A stretch of 64,000 nt of DNA. Origin: Eledone cirrhosa (taxonomy: Eukaryota). The notes under the pieces are model-generated. The model did not search any database, had not been told where the DNA came from, and saw nothing but the letters and a program-made list of their open reading frames with translations. Numbering within the stretch: position 1 is the first letter of the stretch; every line of letters starts with the position of its first letter. The DNA is taken from the NCBI GenBank assembly GCA_964016885.1, contig OZ024760.1:25668001-25732000 (forward strand), read 5' to 3'. Shown piece by piece: positions 1 through 14,385 of this stretch. A program made the translations under genes and the position numbers.

Positions 1-104
1 ATATTACCTTTGGTAAATGGAATAACTGTCTTATGTTGTTTATTACATAACTAAATAGCTCTCTAGCCTACTTAGAACATTCTTTACTTTACCTTTCCGA
101 CGGA

Positions 105-158
<54 letters not shown>

Positions 159-183
159 TATACTAAAGAACACAATATAATTA

Positions 184-254
184 TTCCATTACCCACGGTT
201 TCACGAAGTCAGACGATTCTAACAGGAGCGTCTCAAGTCGTTCCTCAGATAGAA
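184..254 (-). ncRNA. Type I hammerhead ribozyme motif
   Basis: Minus strand: TTCTAT CTGAGGA ACGA..GACG..CGTC..TCGT GAAA CCGTGGG TA ATGGAA. Stems I and II pair; (TA)n follows downstream. Related to 37750-37818 and to the tail at 1-52. Confidence 0.75.
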
Positions 255-307
255 ATCTTTATTTTGGATACCTCTATCTGCTGAACAACTTCAGACTCCT
301 CTCTCTC

Positions 308-378
<71 letters not shown>

Positions 379-1001
379 CTCTTTCTCTCTATCTTTCTCT
401 CTATCTTTCTCTCTATATATATATACATACATATACACGTGTGTAAATGAACGGAAAATATGAAAATCATGACATACGAACACAACATAATAAACTTTAA
501 AAAAAACAATAAAACATCACCAACGGCAACAACAAAGACAGCAACATTAATAGTAACAACAACAACAACAACTGACAGCAGAAGGAGAATTAAACAACAT
601 GGGAGGAAAACAAAAAACTGAAATTAAAAAAAATATACTTAAATCAATAGAAAAATATATTAAAATAAAATCAGAAATAAATCTAAAAAGAAAATATGAA
701 ATACTAAAAAAAATTAAACAAATAATTAAAAAAAGAAATTAGTGTAATTGTAAATAAACAAATAATATTGGATTGGTTGGATTTAATATGAAATGATGTG
801 AATGAAACAACACTATGGCTTAATAAGTGTTATGGAGTATAAAGTGATCTAGAAATATATCAAGCGTTTATGTTCTGTTATATAATGTGTGTGTTTGTGT
901 GTGTGTGCGTGTATGTAAAAGGTAAACAGAAATAACAACACAATCGGTACAGTATATGGAAGAGATATATTAGGTTAACGCTTGAAATAGCAGGAAGAGG
1001 G

Positions 1002-1037
1002 TCTTAACGGTTTGGACACTAGTCCTTCATCAGAAGA
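1002..1037 (-). ncRNA. Minimal hammerhead motif (GGAC/GTCC family), degenerate
   Basis: Minus: TCTT CTGATGA A GGAC TAGT GTCC AAAC CGTT AAGA (GAAA is mutated). Downstream sequence matches the copies at 39600 and 54563. Confidence 0.6.
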
Positions 1038-1156
1038 AAGAAAGAGAAATTAGGAAGATTGAAAGGGCGTGCGAGTCCATTCATGTTGCCATCGTTTGGA
1101 AAACTTTTGATGTTGCCATTTTGTGTATGATATATATATATATATATATATATATA

Positions 1157-1450
1157 CTCTTTTATCTGTTCCAGTCATCCGACTGAGGCCACGCTGGGGC
1201 ACCGCCCTTGTTGCTACATATTCTTTCTCCAGCCTGTGTTGGTTGGCCATTGGTCCAAGACGGAGTTCGTTGCTGCTGCCCTTGGGTTTCCTTCGTACCG
1301 TGCTGTGGGCTCATCCGGGATCCTGGATAGCAGAGTGACGAGATGTTTCTTGAAAACCTCCACGTCTACAGCATGCAGATCTCTCAGATACCTCGGCAGC
1401 TTGTTGAAGAGTTGAGGGCCTTTGAAACCCAGGCTATCGGAATATCTGCT

Positions 1451-1452
<2 letters not shown>
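1157..1452 (-). mobile_element. 3' remnant of a CR1/L2-group LINE (ORF2 C-terminus plus 3' tail)
   Basis: Translation SLGFKGPQLFNKLPRYLRDLH..VFKKHL..LLSRIPDEP..RAAATNS resembles the post-RT C-terminus. The tail GGCGGTGCCCCAGC.TGGCC recurs near 49995-50050 and 54990-55030. Confidence 0.75.
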
Positions 1453-1499
<47 letters not shown>

Positions 1500-1506
<7 letters not shown>

Positions 1507-1918
1507 AGATCAAAAGATGGTTAAAGGAGTTCAATATATTTTATTATGCGCATTTCAAAAACAAACATCATCAAACAATAATATTTGTGTTTTCATCAGA
1601 TAAAACAGGAGAACATGATATGAAGGCTAAAAAAACACTTGTTGATAGTGCAGTTTTAAATCAACATATGTTGATTTAAAACTGCACTATCAACAAGTGT
1701 TTTTTAGCCTTCATATCATGTTCTCCTGTTTTATCTGATGAAAACACAAATATTATTGTTTGATGATGTTTGTTTTTGAAATGCGCATAATAAAATATAT
1801 TGAACTCCTTTAACCATCTTTTGATCTTATATTATGCATACTCCAGTCCCACATACTGTAGAGTGCTTCTTATCCGATATCTGCATTGCTTTATTGTACT
1901 ACAATAAAACTCACCTCC

Positions 1919-1921
<3 letters not shown>
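1500..1921. mobile_element. Fold-back element with a hammerhead in each arm (family A), between (TA)n tracts
   Basis: Near-perfect palindrome ~1500-1834 centred on CAT|ATG (1667/1668), plus a ~90 nt tail to 1921. HHR(-) 1539-1605 and HHR(+) 1729-1795: TTTTAT CTGATGA AAACACAAA..TTTGTTTTT GAAA TGCGCA TA ATAAAA. Confidence 0.85.
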
Positions 1922-1949
<28 letters not shown>

Positions 1950-2154
1950 CAAAAAAAAGAAATAGGACGAAGGTAAACAGTTACAAAAGGATTTAATCCA
2001 CGTATTAACAATTGTTTCATCAGAATTTCAGTCCATTATTGCTACACTATGTAATAATAGGCAATCAAGAAAGATACTGTGGCATCCGAATTTTCAAAAT
2101 ACAGAGTTGGAATGACCTTAGGAAATGAAAGTATATATATATATATATATATAT

Positions 2155-2270
2155 GCAGAGGTTATATTTAATTTGTTGGGATTCAACAAGCTTAAACATT
2201 TTTATAACTGATATAAAGCACTCAACAGTTTAGTGTAGTAAATACACAATGTATTAATAAATAGGTTATA
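2155..2270 (-). mobile_element. Isolated 3' tail of the HHR fold-back families
   Basis: Matches the tails at 16570-16670 and 36511-36600 (TTTAATTTGTTGG..TCAACAA..TATAACTGAT..AAAGCACTC). A shorter piece lies at ~32767-32801 (+). Confidence 0.6.
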
Positions 2271-2499
2271 TATATAACCTATATATAACTTATATATATA
2301 ACTTATATATATATAACTTGTTAATATTAAAGTATTGAGATTAAGTGCCAATTAGTTCACAAGTGTACAGTTGACAGTCAAGCCTTCATCTTGGCTCCGT
2401 AAGCACATATTGTGGTTAGACTCCAAGGTGGATGTATCTATATGATACGAATTTCTCTATTAGTTTCTGCAGGCTGCTACGCTGTCTACGGACATAGCT

Positions 2500-3960
2500 T
2501 TCACAACCAGTACCACCACTACAACTATCACTAAACTCATTATAACCATTAGCTCTAACACCACCACCAGCATCATCATCACCACCATCACTACAACCTG
2601 CACCACTGTTACAACAACTACCAATACCACAACTGATACAACCACCACCAACACCACCACTGACACTACAACCAGCACTATCACTACTTTCACTACACCC
2701 ACCACCACTGTCACTACAACAACCACCACCATCACTGCAACAACCACTACCACTACCATCATCACAAACAATACCATCATCAACACAACCACAACCATCA
2801 ACAACACCATCACCATCTTCTCAACTATAACCACCACCGCCACACCACCACCGTCACAATCACTAGCATCAACACTAACAACACCACCGCCGTCACCATC
2901 ACCACCATCAAAACCACCACAACCATCAACACCACAACCATCAACACCACCCCCGTCACAATCACCACCATCAACACCACCACCATCAACACAACCACTA
3001 TCACCACCACCATCACCACCACCATCACCATCACCACAACCTTCAACCCCACCATCAACAACCACAGCCATCACAATCACCACCACCATCACCACAACCA
3101 TCAACACCACAACCATCAACACCACCACAACCATCAACACCGCCACCGTCACAATCAGCACTATCAACACCACCACCATCACCACCACCATCATCACCAC
3201 CACCACCACCACCACCACAACCATCAACACTACCACCATCACCACCATCAACAACCACAGCCATCACAACCATCAACACCATCACAACCATCAACACAAC
3301 CACAACCATCAACACCACCACAATAATCAACACCACCATCAACCACCACCATCAACCACCACAGCCATCACAACCATCAACACAACCAACACCATCAACA
3401 CCACCACAACCATCAATTCCACCACAACAATCAACACCACCACAACCACCACCATCACCACCATCAACCACCACAGCCATCACAACCATCAACACCACCA
3501 CAACCATCAACACCACCACAATCATCAACCACCACAGCCATCACAACCATCAACACAACCACAACCATCAACACCACCACAACCATCAACACCACCACAA
3601 CAATCAACACCACCACAACCACCACCATCACCACCATCAACACCACCACAACCACCACCATCAACACCACCACAACCACCACCATCAACCACCACAACCA
3701 CCATCACCACCACCATCAACCACCACAGCCATCACAACCACCACAGCCATCACAACCATCAACACCACCACAACCACCACCATCAACACCACCACAACCA
3801 CCACCATCAACCACCACAACCACCATCACCACCACCACCACCACCACCACCATCAACACCACCACCACCATCAACACCACAACCATCAACACCACCACAA
3901 CCACCACCATCAACACCTCCACCATCAACACCACTACAACCATCAACACCGCCACCATCA
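2500..3960. repeat. Degenerate (CAC/CAA/CAT)n trinucleotide tract
   Basis: Direct inspection; recurring ACCATCAACACCACCACA sub-units. Confidence 0.9.
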
Positions 3961-4147
3961 CTGTCTCAGTAACGGTCGCCATCGTCTGCAAGACATGCCA
4001 GAAGAGCTTGTGTGTTGTAAACGAAACACCTGCCACAGCAGTTTTATCCGGTTTTATCCTGTTTTATCCGGTTTTGCTTCATTTTCCCCCAGTCATCCAT
4101 ACAGCTTGGCTTCACTCAAGCTTGAAAATGTTCTTCACTAAGCTTTT

Positions 4148-4275
4148 TCAAACCTTCTTCTTATTTTTTCCTTTCATTTTTGCTATCTCTCGTCTCATCT
4201 TATTTTCACCTCTTCTCTTTCTCGCTGTATTTACAGAATTTCCTTCAATTAATGTAAAGTCCGCCGACGAAACGC
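4148..4275 (-). CDS. Possible terminal coding exon of an unknown gene (speculative)
   Basis: Non-repetitive island. GCAG acceptor, then VSSADFTLIEGNSVNTARKRRGENKMRREIAKMKGKNKKKV*. Weak polypyrimidine tract and no homology recognised. Confidence 0.15.
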
Positions 4276-4279
4276 CTGC

Positions 4280-7200
4280 TTACACAATACCTCTCATCAC
4301 ATACAAAAAGTTACAACACACAACCGACAGAACACAACACAGTGAGATAAATTACATACTGACATCATATATACCATGTTTACATAATACCTCTCATCAT
4401 ATACAAAAAGTTACAACACACAACAGACAGAACACAACACAGTGAGATAAATTAGATACTGACATCATATATACCATGTTTACACAATACCACTCATCAC
4501 ATACAAAAACTTACAACACACAACAGACAGCACACAACACAGTGAGATAAATTACATACTGACATCATATATACCATGCTTACACAATACCTCTCATCAC
4601 ATACAAAAACTTACAACACACAACAGACAGCACACAACATAGTGAGATAAATTACATACTGACATCATATCTACCATGTTTACACAATACCTCTCATCAC
4701 ATACAAAAAGTTACAACACACAACAGAGTGAGATAAATTACATACTGACATCATATATACCATGTTTACACAATACCTCACATTACATCACATACAAAAC
4801 CTTACAACACACAACAGACAGCACACAACACAGTGAGATAAATTACATACTGACATCATTTAGACCATGTTTACACAATACTTCTCATCACATATAAAAA
4901 CTTACAACACACAACAAACAGCACACAACACGGTGAGATAAATTACATAAAGACATCAGATATACCATGTTTACACAATACCTCACATCACATACAACAG
5001 ATAGCACACAACACAGTGAGATAAATTACATACTCACATCATATATACCATACTTACACAATACCTCACATCACAACACATACAAAAACTTACAACACAC
5101 AACAGATGCACACAACACACGGTGAGATAAATTACATGCTGACATCATATATACCATGTTTACACAATACCTCTGATCACATACAAAATCTTACAACAGA
5201 CAGCACACAACTCAGTGAGATAAATTACAAACTGACATCATATATACCATGTTTACACAACAGAGTGAGATAAATTACATACTGACATCATATATACCAT
5301 GTTTACACAATACCTCTCATCACATATAAAAAGTTACAACACACAACAGACAACACACAACACCGTGAGATAAATTACATATCGACATCATATATACCAT
5401 GTTTACACAATACCTCTCATCACATACAAAAACTTACAACACACAACAGACAGCACACAACACCGTGAGATAAATTACATATCGACATCATATATACCAT
5501 GTTTACACAATACCTCTCATCACATACAAAAAGTTACAACACACAACAAACAGCACACAACACAGTGAGATAAATTAGATACTGACATCATATATACCAT
5601 GTTTACACAATACCTCACATCACATACAAAAACTTACAACACAAAACAGACAGCACACAACACCGTGAGATAAATTACATATCGACATCATATATACCAT
5701 GTTTACACAATACCTCTCATCACATCACATAAAAAAACTTACAACACACAACAGACAGCACAGAACACAGTGAGATAAATTACATACTGACATCATATAT
5801 ACCATGCTTACACAATACCTCTCATCACATCACATACAAAAACTTACAACAGACAGCACACAACTCAGTGAGATAAATTACAAACTGACATCATATATAC
5901 CATACTTACACAATACCTCACATCACAACACATACAAAAACTTACAACACACAACAGATGCACACAACACACGGTGAGATAAATTACATGCTGACATCAT
6001 ATATACCATGTTTACACAATACCTCTGATCACATACAAAATCTTACAACAGACAGCACACAACTCAGTGAGATAAATTACAAACTGACATCATATATACC
6101 ATGTTTACACAACAGAGTGAGATAAATTACATACTGACATCATATATACCATGTTTACACAATACCTCTCATCACATATAAAAAGTTACAACACACAACA
6201 GACAACACACAACACAGTGTGATAAATTACATATCGACATCATATATACCATGTTTACACAATACCTCTCATCACATACAAAAACTTATAACACACAACG
6301 GACACCATACAACACAGTGAGATAAATTAGATACTGACATCATATATACCATGTTTACACAATACCTCACATCACATACAAAAACTTACAGCACACAACA
6401 CCGTGAGATAAATTACATACTGACATCATATATACCATGTTTACACAATACCGCACATCACATACAAAAACTTACAACAGACAGCACACAACACCGTGAG
6501 ATAAATTACATATCGACATCATATATACCATGTTTACACAATACCTCACATCACATACAAAAACTTACAACACACAACAGACAGCACACAACACCGTGAG
6601 ATAAATTACATATCGACATCATATATACCATGTTTACACAATACCTCACATCATATACAAAAACTTACAACACACAACGGACACCACACAACACCGTGAG
6701 ATAAATTACATATCGACATCATATATACCATGTTTACACAATTCCTCTCATCACATACAAAAACTTACAACACACAACAGACAGCACACAACACCGTGAG
6801 ATAAATTACATACTGACATCATATATACCATGTTTACACAATACCTCACATCACATACAAAAACTTACAACACACACCAGACAGCACACAGCACCGTGAG
6901 ATAAATTACATAGTCACATCATATATACCATGTTTACACAATACCTCACATCACACACAAAAACTTACAACACACAACAGACAGCACACAACACCGTGAG
7001 ATAAATTACATATCGACATCATATATACCATGTTTACACAATACCTCACATCACATACAAAAACTTACAACACACAACGGACACCACACAACACAGCGAG
7101 ATAAATTACATACTTACATCATATATGCCATGTTTACACAGCCATTCGTATTAAAATACACGGGTTACTACACATAACGCACAACACATCTAGATACATA

Positions 7201-8960
7201 CGTACATACATTATACCTGCATTGTCTACACAGTACCTCTCATAAAATACAAAACTTACTAAACACAGCAGACAACACTGTTAGACATTACATACCAACT
7301 TCATATATACCATGTTTACACAGTTACTCGTATTAAAATACATGGCTCCCTACACACAACACACAACAACAACACAGGTAGATAAATACGTACATACATC
7401 ATATATGCTATGTTTACACAGTACCTCTCATAAAATACAAAATATTATTACACACAACACATCTAAATAAATTACATACTGACATCATATATACCATGTT
7501 TACAAAGTCACTCGTATTAAAATACACAGCTTACTACACACAACCCACAGCAGACAACACATCTAGACTAATTACATACTGACATCATATATACCTTGTT
7601 TACATACTAACTCGTATTAAAATACACAGCTTACTACACACAACACACACCACACAACACACACCACATAACACATCTAGACAAATTACCTACTGACATC
7701 ATATATATCATGTTTACATACTAACTCGTATTAAAATACACAGCTTACTACACACACCACACAACACACACCACACAACACACACCACACAACACACACC
7801 ACATAACACATCTAGACAAATTGCCTACTGACATCATATATATCATGTTTACACACTAACTCGTATTAAAATACATGGCTTACTACACACAACACACAGC
7901 AGACAACACATCTAGACAAATTACATACTGACATCATATATATCATGTTTACACAGTCACTCGTATAAAATCACACGGCTTACTACACACAACACACCAC
8001 ATAACACAGCTAAACAAATTACATACTGACATCATATATATCATGTTTACACACTAACTCGTATTAAAATACACGGCTTACTACACACAACACACAACAC
8101 AGCTAGACAAATTACATACTGACATCATCTATGTCAAGATTACACACACACTGGTATTAAAATACAAGCCTTACTACACAGCGCACAACACATAAATACA
8201 TACATACATACATAGATACCTGTCTTATTTACACGCACACTCGTGTAAAATTAGACGGCTTACTACACACAGCGCACAACACACCTAGACAAATACATAC
8301 ATACATAGATATACTCATGTCTACCATGTGCACACACACACTCGTGTAAAATTTCACTGCTTACTACACACAGCGCACAACACACCTAGATAAATACATA
8401 CATACATAGATACCTGACCGTATTTACACACACACACACGTGTAAAATTACACGGCTTACTACACACAGCGCACAACACACCTAGATAAATACATACATA
8501 TACTCATGTCTGCTATGTTTACACATTCACTCGTGTAAAATTACACGGCTTACTACACACAGCGCACAGCACACCTAGATAAATACATACATACATAGAT
8601 ACCTGTCTTATCTACACACACACACACGTGTAAAATTACACGGCTTACTACACACAGCGCACAACACACCTAGATAAATACATACATACATACATACATA
8701 TACTCATGTCTGCTATGTTTACACATTCACTCGTGTAAAATTACACGGCTTACTACACACAGCGCACAGCACACCTAGACAAATACATACATACATAGAT
8801 ACCTGACCTTATTTACACACACACACGTGTAAAATTACACGTCTTACTACACACAGCGCACAGCACATTTAGTCATATACATACATACATATATTCATGT
8901 CTGCCATGTTTACACACTCACCCGTGTAAAATTACACGGCTTACTACACACAACAGTTAG
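4280..8960. repeat. ~100-bp tandem satellite with progressive sequence drift
   Basis: Unit TACACAATACCTCTCATCACATACAAAAACTTACAACACACAACAGACAGCACACAACACAGTGAGATAAATTACATACTGACATCATATATACCATGTT to ~7140, then diverged related units to ~8960. Confidence 0.95.
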
Positions 8961-10179
8961 AGAAATGCACACATCATACACGGCTCTCTCTCAGAATGCT
9001 GTGTAAGTGTAGATGTACGCGAGGATATGTGTGTTCGTGGTTTTGGCTACTTAAATTTACATAATAGTTATTTGTGAAGCAATATTGATACCTATACACA
9101 CACATACACATTCACACACACAGACAAACACTCACACACAGACACACACACACATATATATATATATATGGGGGGGGGGGTCACATTCAATAATGAGTAA
9201 AAATATTTTAAAGTGAGTGAAACTTCATTCTCACATTTATATATGTATGTGTGTATACATATTTATTTATGTGTGTGTGTGCGTGTACATATTTATAGAT
9301 ATATATATGTGTGTATGTTTATATATACATATTTATATATATGTGTGTGTATGTTTATATATACATTTATATATATATGTGTGTGTGTATATATACATAT
9401 TTATATATATATATGTGTATGTGTGTGTGTATACATATATATGTATGTATGTGTGTACATATACATATCTATATATATAAATGTGTGTGTGTGTGTGTAT
9501 AAATATCTGTGTGTATGTATGTGTATATATACATATATATATAGATATGTGTATGTGTGTACATATACATATGTATATATATATAAATGTGTGTATATAT
9601 TAATATATATAAATATATGTGTGTTTGTGTATATATAAATATATATATAAATGTGTATCTGTGTATATATACATATATATGTGTCTGTGTGTGTGTTTGT
9701 GTGCATTTATGTATATATATATATATGTGTGTGTGTGTGCGTGTGTGTGCATTTATGTGTATATATATGTATGTATGTATGTGTGTGTGTGTGTGGGCAT
9801 TTACATGTATATATATATATATATACGTGTGTGCGTCTGTGCATATACATGTGTATATATGTGTGTGTGCGTGCATTTATATGTGTATATATATATATAT
9901 ATATGTATGTGTGTGAGTGTGCATTTATATGTGTGTATGTGGAGTGTGGGTGGGAGGTGTTACAACAACAGTTGCAGCAATACTGCACTCTATGCTGCAG
10001 TTGTTTTATTTCTAATCTTTCTCACCTATCTAGATACATATCTCTTGTATGCACGCATGCGTGATACGTTAACTGCACGCTTCGTTGCACTAGCACGTGT
10101 GTTCGGAACTATGGAATATCAGAGCAGTTTGTTTATTGTGTAGCGAAATTTATTTTTTATTAATTTTTTCTTCTAGTAT

Positions 10180-10600
10180 CGGCAGAGATTCGGACACCAT
10201 GCTTAGCAGCACAGAGTTACGGCTCTTTACGGTCTAAGTTCAAATCCCGCCGTGGTTAACTTTGCCTTTCATCCTTACAGGGTCGATAAAAAAAATGTAC
10301 CAGTAACGTACTGGGGTCGATTTAATCGACTTTCCCCATCCCCCATTAGAGTTACGGCCCTTTACACTCTGATTTCAAATCCCGCCGAGGTTAACTTTGC
10401 TTTTCATCCTTACAGGGTCGATAAAAAAATGTACCAGTAACGTACTGGGGTCGATTTAATCGACTTTCCCCATCCCCCATTAGAGTTACGGCCCTTTACA
10501 CTCTGATTTCAAATCCCGCCGAGGTTAACTTTGCCTTTCATGCTTACGGGGTCGATAAAATAAAGTACTAGTAATGTACTGGGGGTAATTTCTGGCCTTG
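10180..10600 (+). mobile_element. tRNA-derived Nin/Deu-domain SINE with internal tandem triplication
   Basis: B-box GTTCAAATCC and core GCCTTTCATCCTTAC.GGGTCGATAAAA..GTACCAGT repeated three times. Confidence 0.8.
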
Positions 10601-10611
10601 TGCCAAAAATA

Positions 10612-10882
10612 GAAACAATTATTTTTTTTTTCTTCTTCTTCACCCACTTAATCCTGAGAGGGTCGCGAGAGCAGAGTCTTCAAACACTCCTTCCAGCAGG
10701 TCCTGTCAGAAGCAACAGTTTCCAACTAATCCGACTGGGTCAGCAAGCAAGATCACGGCTGAGCTCACAGATGTTACACAACCATCTTGTTCTAACCCCT
10801 GGGTCTACCGCCTGTTTTTTAGGAGGCAAGGTTTCAGTAAAATCTGTCCAGCGATTCTTTCCTAAGACATTCTAACCACGTT
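10612..10882 (-). mobile_element. RTE-clade LINE 3' remnant
   Basis: Minus translation VVRMS.ERIAGQIL...QLETVASDRTCWKECLKTLLSRPSQD followed by a (GAA)n tail. Confidence 0.7.
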
Positions 10883-11608
10883 TGATTCAAACTGCGCTTC
10901 ATGTGTGTCCGGACCTCCGTCTGTTCTCTATGAGGAGTGTTCGAGTTGTTTCCACACCATTGTCACTATGAGCCCCTATAAGTAACATTGTCGCCTTCAC
11001 CACACTCAGCACGCCATATCATCATCTTACGCCGCCATTACTGCGTTCTTTTTTTGTTTTTTCTTAGCCGCCATTTTTACAACTGAATAAATATACATAA
11101 ACAAATACAGCAAACACACACACACACAAACACACACACAAACACTCACACACACAAACACAAACACACACACACACACTTACACGCACACATAATCCTT
11201 CTCTCTCATACACACACTCACACACACATATTCCCTCTGACACACACACACATTCACACATATATTCCCCTCTTACACACACACTTACAAACAATCCCTC
11301 TCTCTCACACATACACTCACACACACATATTCCCACTTACACACACGTTCACACACATTCTCTCTAACACACACGTGCACACACACACTCACACCACACA
11401 CTCACATAAACATTCTCTCTGTCTCACACACATTTACATACCCATATATACGCACAAACGCACACAAAATCTCTCTCACATATAAACTCACATTCACTCA
11501 TAAACACACACATACACACATAAATATATATATAAACCTAACTATATGTATAAATATATAAATATATAAATAAACATAATATATATATATGTGTGTGTGT
11601 GTAAACAT

Positions 11609-11661
<53 letters not shown>

Positions 11662-11894
11662 TTACCAGTAAATACTCAAAGAACCGAACCTTCGATTTCT
11701 TTTGATTCACCAATCAATATATTCAATACAGTATTTATTTATTTTTATATATTTATTTATTTTTATTTATTTTATTTATATTTATTTTATTTATAGCTTT
11801 GTTGTTGTTGTTTTTTTTCATTTAATTTTGTTTTTATTATTTTAAGGAGTCAATCCCTTTAATATTCTAAACCCCTTGAAAAATCACAAGCGTT

Positions 11895-12648
11895 ATATCA
11901 TCATCATCATCAGCAGCAGCAGCAGCAGTATTATTATCATCATCATCATTATCATCATCATCACCATCATCATCAATATTATCATCATCATCATCATCGT
12001 CTATATTATCATCATCATCATCATCATTATCACCATCAATATTATCATCATCATCATCTATATTATCATCATCTTCATCATCATCATCAATATTATTATC
12101 ATCATCAATATTATCACCACCATCATCATCATCATCAGTATCATCATCACCACCATCAATATTATTAATATTATCATCATCTATATTATCATCACCACCA
12201 TCAATATTATCATCATCATCATCTATATTATCATCATCATCATCATCATCATCAATATTATCATCATCATCATCACCATCAATATTATTATCATCATCAT
12301 AATCTATATTATCATCATCAATATTATCATCATCACCATCAATATTATCATCATCATCATCACCATCAATATTATCATCATCATCATCAATATTATCATC
12401 ATCATCATCAATATTATCATCATCATCATCTATATTATCATCATCATCATCACCAGTATCATCATCATCATCACCACCATCAATATTATCATCACCACCA
12501 TCAATATTATCAATATTATCATCATCTATATTATCATCATCATCATCATCACCATCAATATTATCATCATCATCATCTATATTATCATCATCTTCATCTT
12601 CACCATCAATATTATCAATATCATAAACATCATCATCATCATTATTAT
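11895..12648. repeat. (ATC)n microsatellite with AATATT interruptions
   Basis: Direct inspection. Confidence 0.95.
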
Positions 12649-12651
12649 TGA

Positions 12652-13040
12652 TAAGGCGGTTGATTGGCAGTATCGGTAGAGGGTCGGACGCCATGCTTTG
12701 CAGCATAGAGTTACGGCCCTTTATGATCTGAGTTCAAATCCCGCCGAGATTAACTTTGCCTTTCATCCTTACGGGGGTCGATAAAATAAAGTACCAGTAA
12801 TGCACTGGGGTAATTGCTGGCCTTGTGCTGCCAAAAGTAAAAACAATTATTATCGCCATTGATGTTGTTGTTGATGTTGTCTTGGTAATATTATCATCAA
12901 CACAGCATAGTTACGTCCCTTTACGATCTGAGTTCAAATCCCGCCGAGGTTGACTTTGCCTTTCATCCTTACGGGGTCGATAGAATAAAGTACCAGTAAT
13001 GTACTGGGTAATTGCTGGCCTTGTGCCTAAAGGAGAAACA
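12652..13040 (+). mobile_element. Two Nin/Deu-domain SINE copies
   Basis: A-box-like TGGCAGTATCGG, B-box GAGTTCAAATCC, and the Nin core. Confidence 0.85.
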
Positions 13041-13220
13041 TTTATCATCAACATTATTATTGTCATTATTGTTGATGTCGTCGTCATCATTGTTGTTGTT
13101 TGTGGTGGTGGTAGTGGTTGTGGTGGTAGTGGAGAGTGTAGTGGTGGTAGTGGAAATCATCAGGAAGCCATGATTTCTCCCAAATGAAACAGTTCTAGTC
13201 CTGTAGAAGCCTTTCTATAT

Positions 13221-13301
<81 letters not shown>

Positions 13302-13347
13302 TACTTCGAAATATAAATAAATATAGACATTCATGTGATCAAATATA

Positions 13348-13409
13348 TTTTATTATACATATTTCAGAGGTACTGAGCTATTTCAACAGTACGTCCTCTT
13401 CAGATAAAA
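13348..13409 (-). ncRNA. Type I hammerhead motif (family B), non-inverted copy
   Basis: Minus: TTTTAT CTGAAGA GGA CGTACTG..CAGTAC CTCT GAAA TATGTA TA ATAAAA; (TA)n begins ~50 nt downstream. Confidence 0.8.
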
Positions 13410-13761
13410 TAAGTTGATGCTTGATATACCTTGACTATGTTGATGGTTATAATTTAGTCATAGCAGTGATTAGTTATGACAAAATTCAATATTTATATAC
13501 CTTAAGTTGAAACATGAAAAATTACATATAATACAGAGGGTGCGTATGAGAATGTGTATAAAGATATATAAATAACTAATAATATATAATACGTAAATTT
13601 ATATAACTGTTAAAAATTTAAATAATAATAATATATTCATACCTCATTATTGTAGATAGTGGAAGTGAGATATCGAGATAGCAACTGTTAATCATATATA
13701 TATATAGGATAAAATCATATATATATATATATATATATAGGATAAAAATGTTCATTTAGTC

Positions 13762-13896
13762 CAGAATTAGCCGTCGAAACGGCTTGAGCCCAGCCGTCGG
13801 GGTCCTACTCGTTCCTATTACCCACTCTACTACCCTAAGTATTGAGTACTTTGGTGCGTTATGGTCCACCTGGTTCCTTACCACATTTCCTTCGTT
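13762..13896 (+). mobile_element. Short element carrying the 3' half of a hammerhead (same family as 46741-46934)
   Basis: AGAATTAGCCGTC GAAA CGGCT..AGCCG TC GGGG plus a tail closely matching the reverse complement of 46741-46875. Confidence 0.65.
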
Positions 13897-13899
13897 ATA

Positions 13900-14165
13900 T
13901 TTCAAAAGTCAGCTCAAAAGTGACACAGAGGAGACTGGGGTTAACTGGACATGCTCACCGACATCCAGAGTTGACATTGCACTCAGTACTCCTTTGGGAG
14001 CCCCTACATGGACACACTAGAAGAGGAAGACCAAGGTTAACGTATGTTGATGCCCTAAGGACAGACACTGCTCTGTTGGAGATGCAGGACATGGCAGCGA
14101 TAATGAGGGACAGAGACCGCTGGAGAGAACTCGTCCATGGATCTCGGGAATTTTACCCGCCTTAG
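13900..14165 (+). mobile_element. RTE-like LINE ORF 3' end
   Basis: RRLGLTGHAHRHPE..VLLWEPLHG..RRGRPRLTYVDAL..MRDRDRWRELV is a typical RTE C-terminus; ends at (TA)n; second copy at 63673-63850. Confidence 0.85.
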
Positions 14166-14385
14166 ATGAGATATATATATATATATATATAAACAAAAGT
14201 AACGAAGAGAGCTGGTATAAATACACCGCACTCTGGCCAACGTCTAGCTCACTCAATGGATCTGGCGAATTGCAGTTATACAGCTGCAATCATCTGTTCA
14301 GAGTGCACATATTAATTTACTGTAGACAGTTGGCTGTGTTTAGTTAGAGATTGGTGCAAATATATATATTTATATATATATATAT

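Noticed and set aside
2002-2103. Degenerate minus-strand hammerhead (GTAT TTTGAAAA..GAAA CAATTG TTA ATAC)
   Set aside because: Core and stem II are too degraded to call, though it is probably a decayed member of the same class.
2460-4036. Val/Gly-rich or mucin-like Thr-rich ORFs
   Set aside because: Degenerate trinucleotide repeat with frequent frame changes.
11867-12706. Asp-rich 279-aa ORF resembling acidic biomineral proteins
   Set aside because: (GAT)n microsatellite; the start codon lies inside an antisense SINE.
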